A stretch of 64,000 nt of DNA from Camelus ferus (Eukaryota), in contig NC_045697.1 in assembly GCF_009834535.1 (NCBI RefSeq), forward strand, positions 33,544,001 to 33,608,000, written 5' to 3'. Numbering within the stretch: position 1 is the stretch's first letter; every line of letters starts with the position of its first letter. Of the stretch, positions 13,330 to 24,639 are shown piece by piece. The notes beneath the pieces were generated by a model. That model was given only the letters and a program-made list of their open reading frames with translations. It was not told the DNA's origin and ran no database searches. Both the position numbers and the translations under genes were made by a program.

Positions 13330-15064
13330 TGTAGTTCCTTGGGCCATATGATTGAGAACTGGGAGGAATCTGGAAGGCTGATTAGAGGGCTGAAGGTACC
13401 GAAAGCACTTTAATTTGTAAAAATCTCTTTTCCAATGTCCTGGCTCATTGCAATAATAGCAGAAACCAGGAGGGTTTCGGTTTCATTTAGGAGCCTTCAC
13501 TTGTTGGAGTTGAAGATTAAGACATTGGGTGGTCTTCCTTGAAGGTAACAGCTAAAGTAAAAGAGAGCTTGTTTGTCAGATTAACTCAATCTAAAGTGGA
13601 CATAGTTTCCCATTTTACCCTGGTCCTTTTTGCAGGGAAAGGTCCCCTGTTCAACCCACTGATAAAGATAGAGTTAAAAGCTACTTGGGTGGATCAATAT
13701 CTGAAAGAAAACCAAAATATTCTTTAAAAATAACATAAGGTTGATCATAATAATCATGAACAGATTCATCAGATTTTTGTGTGCAGGTCTGAATTTTGTT
13801 CCAATCAACAAGCTTCTTGACAAAGTCACCTAGCAATTGTCTGAGGCTAATTGTATAATAAATTAATCAGCTGGTCTCCTAGTGGTAATTCTAGAGACTT
13901 CTCAGAACTTTTCCACTTAGGGGTTTTCATCTAATGCTGGGGCTGGCCTACACGGACAAGCATATGAACTAGCTGATACAAGTCAGAGAGACTAAATTGA
14001 TAAATTGAGTGACTATCTTAAATTCCTCAGCAAATCTGTGAGAATTGTTGATTATTTTGAGAAAATCTCTGACAACGGTGTACAGTTCAGCTTTAGTCCA
14101 GGGAATATAAGAAATTACGAGCTTAATCTCTAGATTCTCAGAGGGCTTAATTTTAAAGGAACAGGTTCTGACACGTTCAGAAGAAAAGGGGGTGGGACAA
14201 GTTTTGGAGAAAGGGGGAAGTTTGGGGAGATGATTAGTATGGGAGAAATTGAGGGTGTAGCGGCGGCTCACGCAGCACAGAAGGGAAGGGAGATGACGAC
14301 GCCAGTGAAGGTGTCTGGCCGGGGAAGAGTCACGGAAGAGCGACAAGATGGCGCTGGAGGTGGAGCCAGAGGCAAAGAAGCCAAGGAAGAAGAATCTGAG
14401 GCTTTGAGGAGCCATTTTATTTTTCTTTAATCATTTGTTTCTCTCAGTTAATACCAAAATCTTATTTTACAGAAAGGCAAATTTAGACTCCAGATAAGGT
14501 TGAGAAGCCTCAAAATGCCAATCAAAATAAGCATTCCACTCAATTCTGGAAACTTTTGAGCTATTGTAGTCCAATTTAGTTTTTTAAAAAATTAAGTTTG
14601 AGGATTATAAAAGTTTTCCAAAATGGCCATTGACATTCTAAAGTGCTTTTGGTCAGGTTGGTCCATTTAGTTAGAAATGCACATGAGGAGATGTTGCTGA
14701 GTCCAAACTCATTTTGCTCACTGCATGAGGCGTTGGGGCAAGGAATAGCAACTTTATTGGACAGCCGGCAGACCCAGAGGATGGCCGACAAATGTCTTGG
14801 AGAACCACCCTGCTCTAGTCGGAATACAGGCTCCTTTTACACAAAAAAACAAGGGAGAGGGTGTGGTTGGTTGTTGCATTGCTGCAGGCATTCTTTGTTC
14901 TTGCAGCCATCCCCTTGGGCTAGGTCACGGTGTCCCTGTAAACCTCCAACAAAACAAAGGTTATTCTCTACTACAGGACCACAGTTTTTAAACATAAAAT
15001 TAGCCAGAGTCCCTGGTGGAGGGGTGGCGGCATCCTCAAACTATTTGGATAACTGGAATCCCAT
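13330..15064 (-). pseudogene. gag: ERV gag remnant (MA, Pro/Ser-rich linker, CA, NC)
   Basis: ATG at 15064 gives MGFQLSK* (MGxxxS myristoylation pattern), then PPGTLANFMFKNCGP...SSCAFLTKWTNLTK...QWP. Capsid-like text lies in ORF 13969-14415. CYYCNEPGHWKRDF (CX2CX4HX4C with last C lost) at ~13419-13462. Confidence 0.85.
14692..14975 (-). mobile_element. Nested, probably internally deleted ERV1 LTR in gag MA
   Basis: TG...CA bounded (TGTTGCTGAGTCCAAACTC...CTACA); minus-strand AATAAA at 14753-14758; splits the gag peptide NCGP / SSCAFL. No clean TSD. Confidence 0.7.
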
Positions 15065-15076
15065 CCTCAGAGAATT

Positions 15077-15689
15077 CGTTACCTGAAAACTGGGTTTGCC
15101 TCTTGGTGGGTGTCCAGCCAAAAGACACAACCAAGCCGAAGATCAGGAGAAGGAAAGATTTATTACTTGCAGCAAATAAAGAGAACACCAAAGATCTTTC
15201 CCAAAGCAGCGTCTCCTGGAACAGCAAAACTGGGGAAGTTTTAGGCTAAGAGTACATGCATGTTCATGAAGGAGCTTGGGCTAAGCTTTAGTTGATTGAA
15301 CTTAAAAGGGTCAGTAAAAGGTCAGTATCATCACGCCTAAGGTTCCAGCTGATCTAGTGGTTGAGCACTTCAGGCTAATCTTTAAAGAGAACTGGGAGTC
15401 TTTACAACTGATATATTATCTTTGCTATTATTACTTCTCTTACCTGACAACCGTCTGTTTGCTTCTGCATTCCTTTGTCCCCTTAAGATCGGTAATTACT
15501 TACTTACTGATCTTAAGTAATTACTTGACTTACTTTAAATCACTCCTAAAGGACCTATTCAAGGTCAAGCATTGTGGCCAGGCTTAGATCACAAAATGGC
15601 TCAGGCTGGAAATGGTTTCTCTAATATCAAGAAAGCCAGGCCTGGTTCGCTTTCTCTGGGGACACCCTACCCTACCCTATCTGATTACA
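15077..15689 (-). mobile_element. Nested ERV1 solo LTR in the proviral leader
   Basis: CGTTACCTGAAAACTGGG...CCCTATCTGATTACA, LTR-like termini with TG read as CG; minus-strand AATAAA at 15159-15164; ends 12 bp upstream of the gag ATG. Confidence 0.7.
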
Positions 15690-16237
15690 GTTTTTTCTCT
15701 AGAGTAAAAACAGTTTTCAAACAGCTTAGACAGCTTACAGCACAAATGGCTCAATTCAGTTTGCAGGCTGATCTCAGCCAATCCTAAGAAGACAGCTTGG
15801 TCCACAAAGAGCCGAGCCCAAGGTTTTTTTTGTTTTTTTTTTTTCCCTCCCCAGCCAGTCTTCAGAGGATAGTCCTTCCAAAGGAATAGGTTGAAGGCTA
15901 AAAAACTCAGCACAGTTCCCTTTGAAGCCATCCCTTCCTGAAGGAATTGAGCCAAAAGCAATTTCAACCACCTTCAGTTGATACAGTCTGATCTCAAGAT
16001 CAGATTGAAGTGCCAAACGAGTGACTAGCATACAGAACAAGGTCTTAGCCAGAAAGTCAAAACTTTAAATAGATCCCAAGTAATGCCTAGAGAGCTTTCA
16101 AATGCAAAGAGTGTATGAGCTCGAATCCAGGAGAAACATATACCTTCAAACTCTAGGGTTGGCAAGAAAACCAGTGAGCAACAGTGATAATACCCATCTG
16201 CTCACCAGGCCCAGAGCCTTCTCAGAAGCCTTCTCTG

Positions 16238-16257
16238 GTCCCTGTATGGGTCACTCA
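16238..16257 (-). promoter_or_regulatory. Primer binding site, tRNA-Ile(AAU)-like
   Basis: Minus strand TGAGTGACCCATACAGGGAC, 2 nt from the LTR CA end. Matches TGGTGGCCCGTACGGGGA at 15/18 with one inserted base; two of the mismatches are CpG decay. Confidence 0.65.
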
Positions 16258-16259
16258 GA

Positions 16260-16603
16260 TGTTCACCTGAAACAAATGGTCTACCAAGTATTTCTCAAGC
16301 AAAGGTGGGCTTATTCGGGATCAGCAGAGAATTGTACCTTGGGGTCTGCAACAATGGCGATGTATGTACAAATTCCCACACAGCAAGGGAAGGAGAACAT
16401 TTTTATAGAGAAGAAAAGGAAGCTGGGAGGGTTGTAGTAAATAAAGTCCCTGGCTTTTCACTGGCTGAGTTCTTGCCAGGAAAGAAGAATCTTTCTTCTT
16501 CCTGTTGGGCTCTGCTATCATCACAGGGCATGACAGCTCCCCCTTCTGGTCTTTCAACTCTATTTAATTAAGGCTTCCTCTTTATTAATATTATTTTATA
16601 CCA
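16260..16603 (-). mobile_element. 5' LTR of the provirus
   Basis: Abuts the PBS; minus-strand TATAAAA at 16401-16407 and degenerate AATAAG near 16310-16315. Outer boundary approximate. Confidence 0.72.
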
Positions 16604-16650
16604 GACAGAAAATGAAGGATTCTGGTTCAAGTTGGCAGAAATACACACAG

Positions 16651-16677
16651 ACATGCACACGCGCACACACACACACA
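16651..16677. repeat. Imperfect (CA)n microsatellite
   Basis: ACATGCACACGCGCACACACACACACA read directly. Confidence 0.8.
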
Positions 16678-16739
16678 AATTATTAATTACCCTTGGAAAT
16701 AAAGTAGTCTCAAACTGCAAACCATGAAAAAACACTACT

Positions 16740-18560
16740 AACATTTTGCATTGCTAAACTTTTCTAATTTGATAGGTAAAGAATCAAATTTCACGTTAAT
16801 GTGCATTTTGTAGTAAGATTGAACACTGTACTTAATTTTTCCCTGTGAAATGTTTACTGGTTTACTTTGCCCACTTTTAAAAAGAGTTGTTGGTATCTTC
16901 TTTTACTTATAAAATCATCTTACAACTAAATAAACTTTGTTAATTACATTGGAAGGACTCCATCCTGCCTCTTACCAGAAGCACCAACTATTATTATTTT
17001 CTTATATATTATTTCAGAAATTTTCTATCCATATATAGCCAACTATACGTATGCCTTTTTCATATAATGAATGTATACTCTTTAACATACAGGGAAGCTT
17101 AGTTTACAAACTCTCCAGTATTTTCTTATATATTTAAAAATATATTTTTTCACTTACAATGTATTTAAAGGATTTTTTTCCTAGTCAATACATACTTAAA
17201 TCACTTTTAAAGGCTGATAACATTGCATTATATGTATATAATGCTTTGTTAAAAAACGGTCCCTTATCCCTGATTGTTTATTTATGGTCTTTCGATATTA
17301 TATGTATCACATTGTACGTACCTTTTTTAATGTATACCAACCATCTGCAGGAAATTATTGAGTTGAAAACACGTGCAGTTAGAGTCTTGAGAGTTATTAT
17401 CAAGAGGTTAATCAGAGGAAAAAAATGCCAATTTACATTCCATAAACAGTAAGGGAATACCTGTGTTAATCAAACATTTTAACTTTTGCCAACATAATAG
17501 ACCAAAAATGGAACATCATCATAAAGTCAATTTGCACATCTTTGATTCTAACTGAAGTTGGGCATATTCCAAATTTTTATAAGGCATTGCATTTCTTTTC
17601 TTCTACAAATTGTCTTTACATAACCTTGGTTGGTTTTACACATATTTATGTATAGTATGTGTATTTATATAAAATATACCTTATGATTTTATTTACATCT
17701 TTCATATTCCAAAACCTTTGTTCACTTGATCTTCTTTGGTGTGAGAAAGGTAGACAGATCAAAGGAACAGAATAAAGAGAACAGAAATAGAAGCAAATGC
17801 ATATGGGGATTTAGCAACTAGCTAAATGTGGCATTTCACTTCAATAGTGAAAAGATGGATTATGTTTTTTCTTAAAGTGTTTAGAATGACTGCATGTCAC
17901 TAGGAACAAATAGAGCTACATCCCAACATTACTCTTTTTACCAAAACATATTTTAGACAGATGAAAGTAGAAAATGTGAAAATTAATCTCATAGGAAATT
18001 TTAAAAAATAAGTATACTTATTCATTATCTTAGAGGGGGAATGACTTTCTTCATGAGACACACATCCTGGAAACTATAGAGGAAAATATTGTTAAAGTTG
18101 CATATGACAAAATTATTAAATATCAGTATAGAAAAAAATAGCATAAAAAAGTAAAAGTAGCAAATTATAAACTAAAAATATGGTTATGTCTCCTAAAGAT
18201 ATAAAGCATTTCTACACATTAGAAGAATAACTCAAGAACCCAATAGAAACATGGGCAGATTATATAAAGAAGAAATATTACTAATGTATAAACCTCTCTC
18301 ATAATCAGCAAAATGCAATTTAAAACAAAAATTTGTTACCACCTTTACCCTCCAGGATGACAACAGTGAAAATATTTATTTAGCATTAATCCAAAAATCT
18401 CAAATGCTAGTGAAGAGAAATCAATTGATTCCACCTCTTTGGAAACAATTTGAAGATAACAAAATGTGAAAGGCACATATTTTCCAGTACTTCTTGGAAT
18501 TGATTCTTATATGTACATGTGCATAAAAATATATGCACTGACATTAATTAACAATATTAT
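16740..18560. mobile_element. Cluster of very old L1ME-type fragments, both orientations
   Basis: Degenerate L1 text such as AGACAGATCAAAGGAACAGAATAAAGAG and GCAAAATGCAATTTAAAACAA. Confidence 0.5.
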
Positions 18561-19646
18561 TTTCTGTCTGTATATTGTTAGTGAGGAAAGTAAAGCCTTG
18601 AGCAACATACAGGGAAGGCTCCTATCTGCATCAACATTTGGGACCCAGACCCAGACTGGAATGGAAACTTCTTTTCATTGCACACATGTTCAAATGTTAC
18701 CATTTGAATCTGCTAATTAATAATAATACAGGTTATAATAGAATTTGTACTACCTAATATCCTGCAATTTAATATTATGGTGGGGTTTCACCTATCTCAG
18801 CTGGACTGGTTATCAGTGAGTACTGAAATTTTAACCTCTACTACATCACCTTTGTCATGTGATTATATACAAGGAACAATGACAAAGGGAGTAAGTAGCT
18901 TTTGGCAAAAGCTACATTTGGGCCTAAACCTCAGAGCTTATAATCATTTTTTGCTGGGACTTCTGAAGCTTGTCCTCTTCTCTGTTTCACTCAGATTCTC
19001 CTCCCACACACACGTCCTCAACCTCAGGCAGGTTTTCAGTATTATCACATCCTAATTTCATGGCAGGAAGAGGCAGAGGCTATGCAAATAAAGAAAAAAA
19101 AATTGGCTCCAGGGTTGTCAAAATGGCCGAGTAACTGCACTGTAAGAGCAGAGGAGGCGCAAGGGAGAAATTCAAATGGAGCCTGCCATGTGACCCTCAG
19201 ATTAACTTCACTCATTGGTTATTACAGCCTATTCAGTATCTGACGTCCGATAAGCAGATCTCTCCTTTAGAAGGAAAAAGAGCATGAGAGTGGAATCTTA
19301 AAATCTTTCTTTCCCTTAGAAACTACATCGCTAACCACTCTTAACTCTATATTGCAAACTCATTCCTATATTCAGAGGCTCAGACTATATTTCTAACTCA
19401 GTTAAATTTCTTAATTTGAATATCCCACCATCATCTCAAAATTAACTTGTCCCAAATTCAACCAAATTTTGTTCAAAATCTATTCCTCTTGTTGTGGTAA
19501 TCCCTGTCCTGGTTAAGGGCCCATCAGATAAGGATAAATGTTTATCTAGACATTTAAGGTAAAAATGTCACAGTGGTCCTCCAAGCATCACTGAACCAAG
19601 GCAAGAGGAACCCCTGTGCCCACCCACACAAACAACCCTTGTTACA

Positions 19647-19678
19647 ACACACACACACACACACACTCACTCACACAC
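19647..19678. repeat. (CA)n microsatellite
   Basis: ACACACACACACACACACACTCACTCACACAC read directly. Confidence 0.85.
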
Positions 19679-21017
19679 TCTTAAGGAAGTCATAGGCACC
19701 TCTGTCACTCTGGATCTGGCACCCAGACTGGCACAAGGTGAACTGTGCCACTAATATCGTCTCTTGACAAGTACCCTTCATGCCCCATGACAGTGTTTCA
19801 TATCTCTTGCTCTATATTCTTGAAACAAAAGGGAATTACTTCTGAATGATGGGAAGTTGTGAGGGCTGCACCACTACTGACTGCAGAAGGGGGCCTTGCT
19901 GTGGAGAATGATGAGAATTTAAGCTGTGGACGTTTAGGTAAACGAAAAGATTAATTGATGAACTTGTCCAGTGTTCCTTCAGCTAGCATGCGTACAATGG
20001 GTTCTTGCAATAATAAATATCCTTACTCACTAGTGCCAAGTATCCATTTTCACATTCTCTTCATGCTCCAATCTGTGGTCTCAGATGTACTCAAGCATTA
20101 GTATCAGCTTACAAACTGCTCAATGGAGGCTGCAGGACATTTAGCAATATTAACAATTCATCAATTCCTATTGATTTTAAATTTGTATAAATAAAGGAGG
20201 AAAGATGCATAAAGCGTGATACCAATTCTTTACACTGGCAACCAGATGGACGTGAAAAGCTAGAATTGTATGTTAAGTATAAACTTCATGATAATTTGCA
20301 TTTCACATCTTAACTTCAATACATAATTGGGTTACTTTAGATAAAAAAGAATTTCCTAAAAATATGAAAAGTAATTATTTAAGTTTACTTAAATTTACTA
20401 TTTTATTGAAAAATATACTAAATTATATATATTTTGAGTACAATTACATTTTAGCTTTTAATCCCTTAAGCCAATGTTTTCATGAAAAATTGCTGACCAA
20501 AACACTCAGATATGTGCTATAATAATTATATTTAGCTATCATTAATATTTTGCCAACATTGTGATACACAAGTCTTAGATTAACACTATAGTTAATCTGT
20601 CTTTACAGAATTATATTTTTTCAAGATAGGAGGATAGAACATGTTTTAATTAATGGATTTTTGACTTAAATAAACTTTTAAAAATTCAGAATATGTTGGC
20701 CTGCATAGACTCATCTACTGGGACCTGAGAGGGGAGGGGCCAGCCTGCTCTTCCCAGTCCTCTCCTGTTCACTCACCTCTCACACCAAGCCCTCACCAGG
20801 TCCTGCTTGTCCAACTCCTGACTGCTTCTAGAATCTCTCCCCTCTCTGATAATTCTTTGTCCACATCCTCATGGATTTAACTTGCGTGATCAGGAGCCCT
20901 CTGCCTGGTTTCATTTCTTCTATTCTCACTCTCATCAAATCTATTTTTCACAATCCTGAGAGTGGCTTTTCTACATAGCAAACAAGGGATGTCACTACCT
21001 TACTTTAAATACTTAAA

Positions 21018-21470
21018 CACCTTGAGGACATTACGCTGAGATAGTCAGACAAAGAAAGACAAATACTGTCTGTCACTTATATGTGGAATCTAAAAAAGCT
21101 GATCTTGTAAAAACAGAGTAGAAAGGTGGTTACCAGGGGCTGGAGGTAAGGGAGCTGGGGAGATGATGTTTAAGGGTACACACCTGCAACTAGTAGATAA
21201 ACAAGTCCTAGAGATCTAATGCACAGTATAGTGATTATAGACAACAATACTGTATTATAAGCTTAAAAACTGCTATAAGACTGGATCATAATTGTTCCTA
21301 CCGCAAAAAAAAGAAATAATAATTATGTGACCTGACAGAGGTATATTGCTATGGTGGTAATGTAATCATATTGCAATAAACAAATCAACACATTGTAAAC
21401 CTTAAACTTACACAATATAATGTCAATTATATCTTAATAAAAACAAATTTAAAAAATAAATGAAATAAAG
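21018..21470 (+). mobile_element. L1MA-type 3' end
   Basis: CCTTGAGGACATTACGCTGAG...AGACAAATACTG...GGTTACCAGGGGCTGG...CTTAAACTTACACAAT, ending in an A-rich tail. Confidence 0.8.
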
Positions 21471-21844
21471 TTGCTAGACATTTAGAAAAGACCACCATGA
21501 TTATTAGGAATCAGCACACAGATGTAAGAAAAAATATGTAAAACTAAGTCATTCCCCCTGTTGTAGTCGTGGTGGTGGTTGTAATGGTGGTGGCTGATGG
21601 AACTACCTGACTGAAAACATCTCAGTCCCTCTGTGTTAGGTGAGACTTTCAATAAAATTATACAATCTCAAAGAGTAAATACATACATACATAATCAGCC
21701 CCCAAATGACTTATAAGTAAAATCTGAGACTGTTATCATGATATTTGAGAACATTGCACACCTGCTGTGTTTAATCTTTTCTCACTTTCTCATATACCCT
21801 ATTCCTGGTAATACTAGATTTTGGGGGGGGGGGGTTGGTTTTAA

Positions 21845-22850
21845 TAGGCTTTTTTTTTTTTAAAGAGCAGTTTAGTTTCACAGCAAAATTGAGCAGAACG
21901 TAGGTTCCCATATATCCCCTGACCACACATATGCACAGCCTCCCTGGCTGTTAACAACCCTCACCAGTTTTGTACATTTGCTACAATCAATGAATCTACA
22001 GTGACAAGATATTATCACCCAAAGTCCATAGTTTATACATGAGAGCTCACTCTTTGTGTTGTACTTTCTATGGGTTTTACAAATGTATGACATATATCCA
22101 CCATTATAGTATCACACAGAGTGATTCCATTGCCTAAAAATTCTCTGTGCTCTGTCTATGCATCACTCTCTCTTCCTTAATCCCTGGCAATCACTGATCT
22201 TTTACTGTCTCCATTGTTTTGTCTTTACAGCAGGTCATACAGTTGAAATCATACAGTATGTAGGCTTTTCCAATTGACTTCTGTCATTTAGTTATATGCA
22301 TTTCAGCTTCCTCCATGTCTTTTCATGGCTTGGTTACTTATTTCTTTTTAGTGTTGAATAATATTCCATTTTATGGATTTATCATTGTTTACTTAGCCAT
22401 TCACTTCCTGAAGGACATTTTGGCTGCTCCCAAGTTGTGGCAATTATAAATAAAGCTGCTACAAACATTTGTGTGCAAGTGTTTTTGTGGACATGTTTTT
22501 TTAACTCATATGGGTAAATACTAAGGGAGTGTGACTGCTGGATCATATGGGAGTAAAACACGTAGTGTGAGTCTCTCCCTAGGCCTGGGCCACCTTGAGT
22601 TTTTAAATCTTAGCCTTGCCTACACTGACTCTCTAGCAACCTGTCAATTACAGCTTAGATTTCTGCTCCAGTAAACTGATTTTTCTATGTTCTCCTGTCT
22701 CTTTCTCTAACTTGTGGGACAGTGATTTTTCCCTGTGACTTCAATGCTCTTATGAATCTAAGAAGAGTTGTGGATATTCAGTTTGTTTAGCTTTTTACTT
22801 GTTTTTAGGACAGTGACAACTCCCAAGATCCTTAGATCCCGCACCTAATA
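21845..22850 (-). mobile_element. L1MB/MC-type fragments
   Basis: TTCACAGCAAAATTGAGCAGAA...CCCTGGCAATCACTGATC...AATAAAGCTGCTACAAACATT is an antisense L1 3'UTR/ORF2 end, followed by an L1M-like piece. Confidence 0.75.
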
Positions 22851-23047
22851 CACTCCAAATGTCGTTGACTTTCTTAATGTGTCCTAGTATCTCTCTTACC
22901 TCAATGCTTTTATATAAGTTGCTTTATCAATCTGGACTTCTGTACACTTGCTGCCACCATCTACATTAGTCTACACTGGGTGACAAAGGTTTGTTTTTGT
23001 TCATCTCACTTGAAGATGAAAGCTGCACACTTAGTGTCTACACCAGG

Positions 23048-23500
23048 TGTCAGGACACAGCTCTTTACTAAGATACAGAAACTCAACCCAAATTGGCTTA
23101 AGCTAAAAAGGAAATCTACTGGCTCATTTGATAAGAAAATACTCGTGGTGTTTCTTGCTTGAGGCTTGGCGGGATCCAAAGGTTCAGATGTTGTCCAGAG
23201 GCTGCTGTCTTTTCATTCTCAAATTGCCTATCCACATCTTAACAAAGATAGGTGCTCTGGGTTTGCTGTTTCCTTGTACCAAATATTCCTGCTACAAAAA
23301 TGTGATGGTCCTTTTACTGCCAACATCTATATTAATTTCTTGAAAAGTTCTGGAGTTATCACTGTTCCTAACAGTCAGGGCTATTCTTACAGGCCAGCCT
23401 GGATTATGTCCTTTCTCCTGTAGCCAGGAATCTCACATATAGAAAGGAGGACCTTGCCCAAAGGAAGGAATACAGACAAGATATAAAAGTCACAGATGTA
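23048..23500 (-). mobile_element. Old MaLR LTR (MLT1J/K-like)
   Basis: ACAGAAACTCAACCCAAATTGGCTTAAGCTAAAAAGGAAATCTACTGGCTCA resembles MLT1J/K ends. Confidence 0.5.
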
Positions 23501-24639
23501 GTCCATGGTTTTTAACTTAGAAAGTCTCAAAAATGGTCATAAAATTAATTTTTGCAGAAAAAAATAGACAACTGAAATTACCCCAAACTCATTATTTTTT
23601 CATATTTATTTTTTTGCACATTGAATTCAAATTCCCTGAAAATTTATTAACTCCCACACCTAGTTTGAGCTGTCTACAGTAGCTTCTAACAAATACATAC
23701 CCGTTAACCATTACGAAAATGGAATGTAAATTAACAGCTGTGTCTTGAAACGATTTTGTTTCCTTTTTTCCCTTAATTATCTTTAATATGATTCTCATAT
23801 TATTTTATAATTAAAAGGTTCTGAAAAAAAGAACTCTTGACAAAAAGAGAATAACTTTAAAACATTCTGAAGGTTGTTTTATTGCTATAGAAACAACCAT
23901 ACCGTAACCTGCTATTTAAAGAAACACTAACTTTTACAACTGTATCTGCCTTGACTGTGAATTAATAACCTTTCTATTTTGTATGATAATTTGGTAAGAA
24001 CTGCCTGTATTTGCCCAACTCTGTTTGAAGAGTTTAGATCATTTTTGACAGCATCAGCTAACAAGTGCACCACCTGAAGAATTGTTGTGGATATGACTGT
24101 TTTCAGTAATGCAGAAAAACTAAAACAAAAGGAGAATTCCTGGATCTGCCTTATGTACTATCAAATCAAAGACAAGACTGAACAAAGGAGAAGATATGAC
24201 ACCAGCTGTGTCTGCAGTCCTCTGCTTGCTCGTAATTCCCTGACTCATTCATTCACCAAAAACTTTTGGAGTGACAGCCTCTCAGCAGGCACTATGCTAG
24301 ATACTGCATATTGTACACTTTGCAGTTGTCTTCCAATTATTTCTCCTGTGCTAAGAATATAACTATCATAATTTTTGCTACATGTTTCTTTTCTTTATGC
24401 TTCTCGTGTTTATGACTTATTTTTAAAAGCTTGGCAACATGCAAAACCATGTGTAGATGATGACAGAATCCACATAAAACTTAAAAAGTTGACTGGACAT
24501 TTCAGGCAGGCTATATACTGCAAAATTTCTAAAACAAAACCAGTGGTATATATAGGTATCTTTGACAGGGGACACATTTTGGTTTGTTACAAAATTCTGA
24601 AGTGCAACCGTTACATATGATGATGGTAAAAATCAGCAA

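Larger units (their letters stand above)
9105..16603 (-). mobile_element. Decayed class I (ERV1, ERV-I/HERV-IP-like) provirus: 5'LTR-PBS-gag-pro-pol, env and 3'LTR absent
   Basis: Collinear minus-strand motifs: LTR 16260-16603, PBS 16238-16257, gag start MGFQLSK, capsid YIPWTKAEL...FAEEF, NC knuckle, protease, RT QYMDDLLL, RNase H IYTDSRYA, IN WQMDFIQLP/HSDRG/SGLVEQTN and IN C-terminal WKGSYQVL. Confidence 0.92.

Noticed and set aside
14230..14430. Ala/Gly/Glu-rich plus-strand ORF as a novel protein
   Set aside because: It is the antisense reading of the low-complexity gag linker.
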